Assembly: GCA_963664395.2 (NCBI GenBank)
Contig: OY761159.2
Coordinates: forward strand, 4,256,001-4,320,000
DNA length: 64,000 nt
Source: Candidatus Binatia bacterium
Lineage (GTDB): Bacteria; Desulfobacterota; Binatia; Bin18
Direction of reading: 5' to 3'
Both the position numbers and the translations under genes were made by a program. Under the pieces are notes generated by a model. That model did no database searches and was not told where the DNA came from. It saw only the letters and a program-made list of their open reading frames with translations. Numbering within the stretch: position 1 is the stretch's first letter; every line of letters starts with the position of its first letter. Shown here piece by piece: positions 51,219 through 60,512 of the stretch.

Positions 51219-52229
51219 ATGATCAAATTTGGCATCATGGCCATGCCCCAGCATCCCCGAACGGATTCGCCTGTCAAACGATTCAAAGAAGCCGTCGAAC
51301 TGACTCGATTAGCCCGTGATGCTGGACTCGACTCGATTGCCTGCGGTCAGCACTTCCTTGCCCCGCCGTATCAGAACATCCAAAGCCTGCCTTTGCTGTC
51401 GCGGCTGGCGGCTGAGAGTGGCTCGATGTCACTCGTGCTGTCGGTGATTCTGCTCCCGCTGTATAGCCCGGTTGGTCTGGCGGAAGATGTCGCTTCGCTC
51501 GATGTCATAAGCGAAGGACGCGCCGTTTTTGGCGTTGGGCTCGGCTACCGGGATATCGAGTATCAGGGATTCAATACTCGTCGACGTGACCGTATTCCGC
51601 GCTTCGAGGAGTCCCTGGAGCTCATACGTCGCCTCTGGACAGAAGAGAATGTGTTCTTCCGGGGCAGCCATTTCAGTCTGGAAAACGCGACGAGTACGAT
51701 TCGGCCCGTCCAGCAACCGCATCCGCCTATCTGGATTGCTGCGAACAATGATAGCGCCATTGAGCGTGCCGGCCGGCTGGGGTGTTCGTGGCTGGTAAAT
51801 CCGCACGCCACCACCCACACCTTGCAACGACAGATGGCGCTGTATAAAGCCACTTTGGCCGCCGCTGGTCATACCGACGCGCTGGAGGTCCCTATCATCA
51901 AAGAAATGCATGTCGCCAAAACGCATGACGAATCGCTGGCGATTGCCCAGCCGTATCTGGAGAAAAAATATCAAGCCTATGCTGACTGGGGACAGGACAA
52001 GGAATTACCCGGCGAGGAATCGTTTCGCGTATCGTTTGAGGAACTGGCCAAGGACCGCTTCATTCTTGGCAGTATCGAAGAAGTTATTGAGCAAATCGAA
52101 GTCCATCATCACCAACTCGGCATTGACCATTTTATTTTCCGCATCTGGTGGCCAGGCATGGAAGCCTCTCATGCCTACCGCGTAGTGGAACTGCTGGGCG
52201 AGCACATTATTCCGTATTTTCGAAAATGA
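51219..52229 (+). CDS. LLM-class flavin-dependent oxidoreductase
   Basis: GQHF, LDVISEGR..GVGLGYR, PVQQPHPPIW. Confidence 0.85.
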   Translation: MIKFGIMAMPQHPRTDSPVKRFKEAVELTRLARDAGLDSIACGQHFLAPPYQNIQSLPLLSRLAAESGSMSLVLSVILLPLYSPVGLAEDVASLDVISEGRAVFGVGLGYRDIEYQGFNTRRRDRIPRFEESLELIRRLWTEENVFFRGSHFSLENATSTIRPVQQPHPPIWIAANNDSAIERAGRLGCSWLVNPHATTHTLQRQMALYKATLAAAGHTDALEVPIIKEMHVAKTHDESLAIAQPYLEKKYQAYADWGQDKELPGEESFRVSFEELAKDRFILGSIEEVIEQIEVHHHQLGIDHFIFRIWWPGMEASHAYRVVELLGEHIIPYFRK

Positions 52230-52284
52230 GCGAGGAGCGAGGAGAGATGCCGCGATGTCCTGTCTCTCCTCGTTTAATGTCTGG

Positions 52285-52857
52285 CTAACTCGCCTGCAAA
52301 CGTTCAACCAGTTCCTGGGTGGGCAAGACCTCGGCAAACATCGACGCTTGGGTAATCAGGGTGGAGCGGTGCAATTCGCCGTGCGCTATTTTTCCCAGGG
52401 TGGGATGTTCACCGTCGCGCGTCGCGGTGGCATCATTCAGAAACAGGACGCGAAAATCCCGATGAAAACCCTCCCGCGCGGTCGTGTCGCAGCACATATG
52501 CGTCATATAGCCCGAGATGACTAAAGTCTCGATTCCATCTTTTCGCAGCGTTTCTTCCAGGTCAGTTTTGGAAAATGACCCAGGATAATTCTTGACGATA
52601 CGCTGGTCTTCAGGTCTGGGTCTGAGACGGGTGTGGAGTTCAAAGCCGTTGGTCCCTCGAATGAACAGCCCCCGCTCGGGATTCAGAACCTCGTGCTGAA
52701 CATAGATGACTTTTACGCCCGTTTGTTGGCTGGCTTCAATCGCTGCTTCGATTTTGTCCAGCGCGGCGTTCCCGTCAGGAATGGGCCATTTGCCCTCAAA
52801 GTATTCATTCTGAACGTCTATGACGATCAGCGCTGTTTTCTTGGGATCAAGAGCCAT
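52285..52857 (-). CDS. Isochorismatase-family cysteine hydrolase
   Basis: ALIVIDVQNEY, K..GSF, GYMTHMCCDTTAR. Confidence 0.88.
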   Translation of the reverse strand: MALDPKKTALIVIDVQNEYFEGKWPIPDGNAALDKIEAAIEASQQTGVKVIYVQHEVLNPERGLFIRGTNGFELHTRLRPRPEDQRIVKNYPGSFSKTDLEETLRKDGIETLVISGYMTHMCCDTTAREGFHRDFRVLFLNDATATRDGEHPTLGKIAHGELHRSTLITQASMFAEVLPTQELVERLQAS

Positions 52858-52994
52858 GAGTTCCTCCTCTTCATTCTCACTCGATACGTGTGAGCTGTAA
52901 CGGAAGAGGGGCGGAAGAGTCAAGCGCTGGACAAGCTTGACTTCTGACTCGGGTGGGATAGATGGAAGATTCTAGCCCGTATGGAGGAAGCCGT

Positions 52995-53309
52995 ATGATT
53001 TATGAACTGCGAACCTATCAGCTCGCCTTTGGCGGCCTGCCTGAATATCTCGAAGTTGCGAAAACGATGATCCTACCCGGTGTAGCCGAACACGGGATCA
53101 AGCCCGCTGGCTTCTGGTATAGCGAGATCGGTCAGCTGAACGAAGTCGTCCACCTCTGGGCCTATAACGACCTGAATGAACGGCAGGCAAAGTGGGCAAG
53201 CTGGGCCAAGGATCCGCGCCGGGCCGAGGTGGCCAAGCGGCTGCGTGGGGTGATCCTCAGTCAGAGTAATAAAATTCTGAGTCCGACGGAATTTTCCCCC
53301 ATGCAATAG
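52995..53309 (+). CDS. NIPSNAP-family protein
   Basis: MIYELRTY...EIGQLNEVVHLWAY...ILSPTEFSP. Confidence 0.88.
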   Translation: MIYELRTYQLAFGGLPEYLEVAKTMILPGVAEHGIKPAGFWYSEIGQLNEVVHLWAYNDLNERQAKWASWAKDPRRAEVAKRLRGVILSQSNKILSPTEFSPMQ

Positions 53310-53336
53310 GCTGCTTGTCTGCTCATCCTGCTGATT

Positions 53337-53669
53337 ATGTTGAAGAAGCTTTGTGTTCTCTGTTGGGCGCTTGCCGGCTTGGCTACCGGCTGTGGCCCCG
53401 CGCCTACACCGGATATTCTTGAGGGAGAGGGGCTTGTCGAAAAGGTCATTGTACCGGATAGACGGCTTGTTATCGCACACGAGGACATTCCAGGCTTTAT
53501 GGATGCCATGACCATGAGCTTTGAGGTCAATAAGCCGAGCCTCTTACATCTGTTCAAGCCGGGAGATCGCATTCGCTTTACCCTAGAGCGGACAAAGCTG
53601 ACAGTGTATTTGGTCGCTGCTGAGAAAATTGCAGTACGAACAGCAGAGGGGGAACGGCAGGGCGAATAG
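53337..53669 (+). CDS. CusF-like copper-binding lipoprotein
   Basis: LATG|C lipobox; IAHEDIPGFMDAMTMSF; PGDRIRFTL. Confidence 0.8.
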   Translation: MLKKLCVLCWALAGLATGCGPAPTPDILEGEGLVEKVIVPDRRLVIAHEDIPGFMDAMTMSFEVNKPSLLHLFKPGDRIRFTLERTKLTVYLVAAEKIAVRTAEGERQGE

Positions 53670-53688
53670 CGCTAAGCGGAGTGACGTA

Positions 53689-54006
53689 TTACTCGGGCTC
53701 GTCTGCGTCCTTTTTAGGCCAAAAGAAGCGCCAGATTTTGACCGGAGCGCGTAACGGCGAAAAGGACGCGGGCTGATCTTCCTTTTCGAGTTCCTGATCA
53801 TACAGGCGGTCCTCGTACATTTGCTCCCAGGTTGTCCCGTCGTAGTCATCATCTTCAAAATCATCAACCCGATTGGGTGATGATGATCCCCACTTCCACA
53901 TCCCCAGGTTGTCTTCCGTATCACCATGACGTGAAGGCTGCGCCAGGACGGGTACGCTGAGAGCAAGACTGCAACAGATAATGCTCAGGAGCAAGGCACG
54001 TATCAT
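53689..54006 (-). CDS. Hypothetical secreted acidic protein
   Basis: Signal peptide ending VLA|Q, acidic body, AAGG RBS-like site. Confidence 0.5.
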   Translation of the reverse strand: MIRALLLSIICCSLALSVPVLAQPSRHGDTEDNLGMWKWGSSSPNRVDDFEDDDYDGTTWEQMYEDRLYDQELEKEDQPASFSPLRAPVKIWRFFWPKKDADEPE

Positions 54007-54155
54007 TACTTTGCCTTTTCTACCACAGTCTTTCGCTCCGGCCAATGTAAGCACTCTCACATCGTCTGAGACGAGATAGGCCGAGACATGGCCAAACTAT
54101 CCATTCCATGCCATTCCATGCTACGAAGGCAAGGCGTAGAAGGAGAATCCAGGCG

Positions 54156-54278
54156 GTGAGTTTGGCATCAACTCTTGTCTTTGGCTTCTTGCTCGGGCTC
54201 AGGCATGCTTTTGATGCAGACCCCCTCAACTCCGCCCCCCAGACGGTTCGATCAGCTTTGCGTTTTATTCCCGCTTAA
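54156..54278 (+). pseudogene. Relic N-terminus of a NiCoT/UreH/RcnA-type Ni/Co permease
   Basis: AGGAGA RBS; translates MSLASTLVFGFLLGLRHAFDAD(P), matching the RHA(F/V)DADH motif, then stops after 40 codons. Confidence 0.68.
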
Positions 54279-54354
54279 CTAGCCCGTATGGCAATTGACA
54301 GTTGGGTCGAAGTCCCCGATTACGTTCGAGCTTAATACACTGTGAGTGAGTCTT

Positions 54355-55515
54355 ATGAAAATTGCCTACTTCGATGCTTTCTCCGGTATCAGCGGCGACA
54401 TGGTCATGGGTGCATTCCTCGACCTGGGTGTATCGCTTGATCTGCTGAAAGCCGAATTCTCTAAGCTGCCGCTCGATGGTTATACTGTGCATCAATCTGA
54501 GCGTGTTCAAAGTGGTATTCGTGCGGTCAAATTCGATGTGGAAGTTACCACGAAACACCACGAACGCAGCTTTCATTCCATTGCCGAAATGCTGGACGCA
54601 AGCACTCTGAGTATGGCGGTGAAAACAACGGCGCTCAAGATTTTTACCCGCTTAGCTGAAGCCGAGGCCCATGTTCACAACACCTCTGTTGAGGACGTCC
54701 ACTTTCATGAAGTTGGTGCGGTTGACTCGATTCTCGACATTGTTGGTGCTGCCGTAGGCTTTGAGGCATTAGGGATACAGGCCCAGTACACGAGTCCTCT
54801 TCCCATGGGGAGCGGATTCGTGTCCTCCCGCCATGGCACGTTGCCCGTGCCCGGTCCTGCCACTGCGGAACTCGTAAAAGGACTGCCCGTTCGATTCGAA
54901 GATGGCCAGTCTGAGCTGGTCACTCCTACAGGGGCGGCTATTCTCGCTGCGTTGGCCCAGCCGAAGCCACCATCCTTTTCTATTACTCAGATCGGCTATG
55001 GAGCGGGAGAACGTACCCTGCCTGACCGGCCCAATGTATTACGGGTCTGTCTCGGCCATCTGATCTCTGAGGTTCAACACGAACAACTGCTTGTACTGGA
55101 GACGAACATTGATGACCTCAACCCAGAGTGGTACGAACATGTCATGGAGCAGCTCTTTGCTGCAGGTGCCCGGGATGTCTTTCTCGCACCCATTCAAATG
55201 AAGAAAAATCGGCCGGGAATTCTCCTATGGGTTTTATGCGACCCAAAGGACCAAGGACAGCTTTCCGGTATTATCTTTAACGAGACTTCGACATTAGGAG
55301 TCCGAGTCTATCCGGTTGATCGTCTGGCACTCCGACGGGAGCAGAAAGAGGTGCAGACCGAGTACGGCACGGTCAGAGTCAAAATTGCCTATCAGCCCGA
55401 CGGACAAGTCAGCGTTGCTCCAGAATATGACGACTGCAAACACCTCGCTCAAGAAAAAAATATTCCTCTCAAACTAGTGTATGCAGCGGCTACGCAGAGT
55501 GTGAAGGGCAGGTAA
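54355..55515 (+). CDS. larC: Nickel-pincer cofactor Ni insertase LarC (single fused ORF)
   Basis: DAFSGISGDM, HFHEVGAVDSILD, ELVTPTGAA, ETNIDD, MKKNRPG, PEYDD. Confidence 0.93.
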   Translation: MKIAYFDAFSGISGDMVMGAFLDLGVSLDLLKAEFSKLPLDGYTVHQSERVQSGIRAVKFDVEVTTKHHERSFHSIAEMLDASTLSMAVKTTALKIFTRLAEAEAHVHNTSVEDVHFHEVGAVDSILDIVGAAVGFEALGIQAQYTSPLPMGSGFVSSRHGTLPVPGPATAELVKGLPVRFEDGQSELVTPTGAAILAALAQPKPPSFSITQIGYGAGERTLPDRPNVLRVCLGHLISEVQHEQLLVLETNIDDLNPEWYEHVMEQLFAAGARDVFLAPIQMKKNRPGILLWVLCDPKDQGQLSGIIFNETSTLGVRVYPVDRLALRREQKEVQTEYGTVRVKIAYQPDGQVSVAPEYDDCKHLAQEKNIPLKLVYAAATQSVKGR

Positions 55516-55553
55516 TGGATCGATCGGGTGATGGGGGAGGAATGACGAATCTC

Positions 55554-55997
55554 TTACGAAACAAGATCGGCCAGAACCTCAGCGGGGTGGGTGCGGGGAT
55601 TGACGGAGGCATACGCCTGCTGGACTGTGCCCTCTTCATCAATCAGATAACTGATCCGATTAGCATAGCCTGCGCCGACATCATCACAGGCGTTATACGC
55701 CAGACCTATACTCCGAGTCGTGTCACACAGGAGAGGGTACGGAAAACTGAACTTTTTCGCAAAAGCGGCATTTTCCTCAACCGTATCAAAGCTGACACCC
55801 AGAACCTCAACATTTTGTGATTTGAAGGCTTCAATCTGATCGCGGAACCCACGACCTTCAATCGTTCAGCCAGGGGTGTCGGCTTTTGGATAAAACCATA
55901 AAAGGACCTTCTTGCCTCGTAAAGTCGACAAAGACAGCTCGGTGCCTTCGTGTGTCATGACCGTAAAGTCTGGTGCGGTGTCTCCTACGTGTAACAT
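55554..55997 (-). CDS. bcp: BCP/PrxQ peroxiredoxin with selenocysteine (UGA at 55866-68), 147 aa
   Basis: FYPKADTPG-UGA-TIEGRGFRD...VLGVSFD...ANRISYLIDEEG continues in frame to TAA; UGA sits at the peroxidatic Cys position. Confidence 0.88.
55838..55856 (-). promoter_or_regulatory. Candidate bacterial SECIS hairpin
   Basis: GGUCGUGG-GUU-CCGCGAUC stem-loop starting 9 nt after the UGA, with G first in the apical loop. Confidence 0.6.
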
Positions 55998-56043
55998 GAT
56001 GCTTGTTCTCCTTTTGACAGTGGTCATACTGAGCTGTTTCCCG

Positions 56044-57960
56044 TTATAACACACTCAGCAGATTCCGCTGGTTATATTCAATCTTTGCTTGCTCTTTCAA
56101 GTATTTCGTGAACTCCCGAGAGGCCGCGATTTTTTTCCTCTGAAGGAGAGACTTGCGAAGGTCATCACGCCGCTCTTCGAGCTGCTCCGGATCGGCGGGA
56201 ATATGTTCTTTAAGCACGACAATAAAAGCATCGCCCCCCCATGCGTAACTTTGGGAGGCGACAGGGTCTTCCGGCTTTAACCGGAACGCTGCGGTTTTAA
56301 GATCTGGCAAGGTACCGATCTTTGGGATGTAGCCGCCCCGCCGCGCAAACGCCCCAGTCTCTTCTACTGCGAGTGCCTCGGCCTTTGCCAAACTCACCAA
56401 ATCTTTTGTCTCTTTGAGTTTTGCCAGGAGTTTTTCAGCCTTCTCTTTGGCTAAAATCTCTGCTTGCTCACTCCGGTACTGCTCTTCAACCTCTTCTTGT
56501 ACTTCAGCAAACTCCGGTACCCGAGAGGGAACTCGTTCCTCGAGCGACACGAGGAACCAGGTGTCGCCAATTTGGACGGGGTCGCTGATTTGCCCCCGTG
56601 CCTGTCCGAAGGCTGTCTCAATGAGTTTTGGACGACGACCAAGGCCTGGAATTGTTTCGTTCTGAGTAACAAGCGGAGTTTCTTCCGCCTCCAATCCAGC
56701 AGATTCGGCAAACTGTACGAGCGTCATACCATCTGTCATTTTCTTCCGATCCTCTCGCACCCGTTCCTCTGCAATAGCGCGACTTTTCTGTTCCCGCAAT
56801 TCTTCGGCGACCTCATCGGCGACTTCTTCAAGCGGTTTTATGTGCTCGGGTTGGATTGCCTCAACCTTGATGATGTGGAATCCGAAGGGTGTTTCTACCA
56901 GGCCGCTCAGTTGTCCGACTGCCATGTCGAAAGCTGCCTCTTCAAAAGGCTTGACCATACGGCCCCGCCCAAAGAAGCCGAGATCGCCGCCTTTGCTTGC
57001 CGTGCCAGTATCTTGCGAATACTCCTCGGCAAGAGCGGCAAAATCTTCTCCACCACGTGCCCGTTCGAGAATCCCGGTAGCCGTGCTACGAGTGTCGGCT
57101 CTACTCTCATCTGAGGCGCTGTCCGCGACAGAGAACAGAATGTGACGAGCTTGTACCTGTTTCTCTTCCGTAAATCGATCGTCTTTACGGGTCTCGTAAA
57201 AATCGCGCACGTCCTCCTCAGATACCGAGACCGCTGCTTCAAAGTCTTCCGGTGCGTACGTGATATAACGTAATCGGACACGCTCCGGTATCCGAAAAGA
57301 TTCCTTGTTGCTGGTGTAGAAGTCGCTCACTTGCTGCTCGTTGACTGTGACCCTATCAACCAGATCTACCGAGGATATTTTGAGGAAAGAGAGATTCACT
57401 TGTTCTTGTTCGAAGCGAAACAATTCCTCTACTTCGTAATCCGTAGCGCGGACTGATCCGTCAATGAACTTTTGGAATCTCTCGATAACGAGCTGGTCAC
57501 GTTGCTGCTCCTCGAACTCCTGAGGGGTCATCCGTAGATAGCGTAATAGCCGACGGTAAAGGTCCGGGCTGAAAGAGCCGTACCCTTGAAAGGCAGGAGA
57601 GCTGGAGATCTCTTGGCGCACGTCTTCATCCGATGCACTGAAACCAATCCGACGCGCTTCTTTGGCCAAAAGCTTGGCATCAATGAGCTGATCGAGTGTC
57701 TGTTGTCGCAGATTCAATTGCTGTACGAGCTCTGAAGTAAAACGCTCTTTATAGATTTCTCGGTAGTTGGACTCGACATTCCGATAAGCGCGCTGGAATT
57801 CCTGAAGAGTGATAAGCTCATCATCGACCATCGCTACTATTTGCACCTGTGAGTCGTCTCCAAAGCTCCCAATACCAAAGAACACGAAGACAAGCGCAAT
57901 GATCAAAAAAAGCACTTTGATCCACACTGACTGGACCCTGCGACGCATAAAGTCAAGCAT
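56044..57960 (-). CDS. ppiD: PpiD/SurA-like membrane-anchored peptidyl-prolyl isomerase
   Basis: MLDFMRR N-terminal TM; VQARHIL...YSQD...GGDLGFF..GRMVKPFE parvulin domain. Confidence 0.88.
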   Translation of the reverse strand: MLDFMRRRVQSVWIKVLFLIIALVFVFFGIGSFGDDSQVQIVAMVDDELITLQEFQRAYRNVESNYREIYKERFTSELVQQLNLRQQTLDQLIDAKLLAKEARRIGFSASDEDVRQEISSSPAFQGYGSFSPDLYRRLLRYLRMTPQEFEEQQRDQLVIERFQKFIDGSVRATDYEVEELFRFEQEQVNLSFLKISSVDLVDRVTVNEQQVSDFYTSNKESFRIPERVRLRYITYAPEDFEAAVSVSEEDVRDFYETRKDDRFTEEKQVQARHILFSVADSASDESRADTRSTATGILERARGGEDFAALAEEYSQDTGTASKGGDLGFFGRGRMVKPFEEAAFDMAVGQLSGLVETPFGFHIIKVEAIQPEHIKPLEEVADEVAEELREQKSRAIAEERVREDRKKMTDGMTLVQFAESAGLEAEETPLVTQNETIPGLGRRPKLIETAFGQARGQISDPVQIGDTWFLVSLEERVPSRVPEFAEVQEEVEEQYRSEQAEILAKEKAEKLLAKLKETKDLVSLAKAEALAVEETGAFARRGGYIPKIGTLPDLKTAAFRLKPEDPVASQSYAWGGDAFIVVLKEHIPADPEQLEERRDDLRKSLLQRKKIAASREFTKYLKEQAKIEYNQRNLLSVL

Positions 57961-58100
57961 GCCTGTTGACCTCCTATTTTATCATGCCATAGTTGATAGG
58001 TGAAGAAAAAGAAACAACATTACAAGAACTTGCCCAAATATTGAAATTTTGCTAGAAACCTTACCCTACTGGGTGTCGCCGTGGGGGATGGGGGAAATAA

Positions 58101-59138
<1,038 letters not shown>

Positions 59139-59176
59139 GAACGATGCGAACGTTCGCAACACCCTGAGTGTGAATC

Positions 59177-60028
59177 ATGCGCGAGGTTCTCCATAGATAT
59201 CGTCTATTCCTGTCCTGTGGATTCTTTCTTTTCGTGTCGTTACTGCTGGCAACGATAAACGCCCGATCTCCGTACCGTATGGACCCTACTGGAGTACTGT
59301 TTCTTGAAGTGATGCAACCCCTTCAAGTCGGAGTCACGGCGCTGACCCAGGGCACCAGAAAAATGCTGGGTCAATATCGCGATTTGCTCTCCGTCCATCA
59401 AACGAATAAAGTTCTCCGTGCCCGGCTTGAATCGCTTGAGCAGATACAAGAACGGTTGGTTGAATTAGAGCTGTCGAATCAGCGTTTAGAGCTTCTGCTC
59501 GGTTTACGGGCGCAAAGCTCAGGAACGCCAATTGCCGCTCGTGTGATCGGACGAAACCCCGGGACGTGGACACACACGGCTGTGTTAGACAAAGGGGAAC
59601 GGCACGGAATTCAGAAAGGAATGGCGGTGCTCACCCCAGCTGGTGTTGTGGGCCAAGTTGTGTCTGTTGGCCCACATGCCTCCCACCTCCTCCTCATCTC
59701 CGCCGCCAATAGTGGAGTTGATGCACTCGTGCAGCGTTCGCGTGTCTCCGGCATCGTGTCTGGGGCCATTGTTGGAAACTGTCAATTGAAATATGTTCAG
59801 CGCGATAGTGACGTAGAGGTAGGGGATGTGATCATCACCTCTGGGCTTGATGGGGTCTTTCCGAAAGGACAGCAGATTGGGCGTGTGACGCGCGTAGCCA
59901 CACGAGATGACGAGATGTTCCAGGATGTAGAGGTGGTGCTCAGTGCCGAACTTGCAAAGATCGAAGAAGTCTTGGTGGTTGCTCCGGCTGCCATCCGAGC
60001 AGGAGCCGAGCACCTTCGAAACGAATAG
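59177..60028 (+). CDS. mreC: Rod shape-determining protein MreC
   Basis: TM, coiled coil, ITSGLDGVFPKG; synteny. Confidence 0.93.
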   Translation: MREVLHRYRLFLSCGFFLFVSLLLATINARSPYRMDPTGVLFLEVMQPLQVGVTALTQGTRKMLGQYRDLLSVHQTNKVLRARLESLEQIQERLVELELSNQRLELLLGLRAQSSGTPIAARVIGRNPGTWTHTAVLDKGERHGIQKGMAVLTPAGVVGQVVSVGPHASHLLLISAANSGVDALVQRSRVSGIVSGAIVGNCQLKYVQRDSDVEVGDVIITSGLDGVFPKGQQIGRVTRVATRDDEMFQDVEVVLSAELAKIEEVLVVAPAAIRAGAEHLRNE

Positions 60029-60512
60029 GCTCCGAACGTTTGGACTCTTCGGAGTATGCGGAGCTGGGGCGGTACTCTTACAGACAAGTGTTTTCTACCA
60101 TCTTCCATTTGTTCCTGATCTTTTACTCATCTTGTGTGTCTATCTTGGGATTTACCACGGAGCCCTGGCTGGGGCGGCGAGCGCTTTTTTCCTGGGGTAT
60201 GTGCTCGATAGTTGTTCGGGAGCTCCGGTGGGAATATGGACCTTTACCATGAGTCTTGTTTTTACCACGACGAAGCTCCTGTCTCAAAGTCTGTTGATGC
60301 ATAATCCCTTGTCCGTTTTCGGACTCGTCGCCTGTGCCGTATTCTTGAAGGCAGTCACTTCTCTCGCGCTGCTCGAAACACACTGGGCATTGGCTCTCAT
60401 TTGGCCTTTTTTCACATACTATGTATTGTGGGATTTACTTCTGGCCCTCCTTCTGACCCCACCCATATTTGCCCTCCTCGCAACAGGGGAGCGCGCTGTA
60501 GCTAGAGCATAA
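59943..60512 (+). CDS. mreD: Rod shape-determining protein MreD (true start uncertain)
   Basis: Hydrophobic, PDLLLILCVY, GYVLD..SG; between mreC and mrdA. Confidence 0.8.
   Translation: MPNLQRSKKSWWLLRLPSEQEPSTFETNRLRTFGLFGVCGAGAVLLQTSVFYHLPFVPDLLLILCVYLGIYHGALAGAASAFFLGYVLDSCSGAPVGIWTFTMSLVFTTTKLLSQSLLMHNPLSVFGLVACAVFLKAVTSLALLETHWALALIWPFFTYYVLWDLLLALLLTPPIFALLATGERAVARA

Noticed and set aside
55515-55820. 101-aa + strand ORF after larC
   Set aside because: Antisense shadow of the C-terminal part of the selenocysteine peroxiredoxin.
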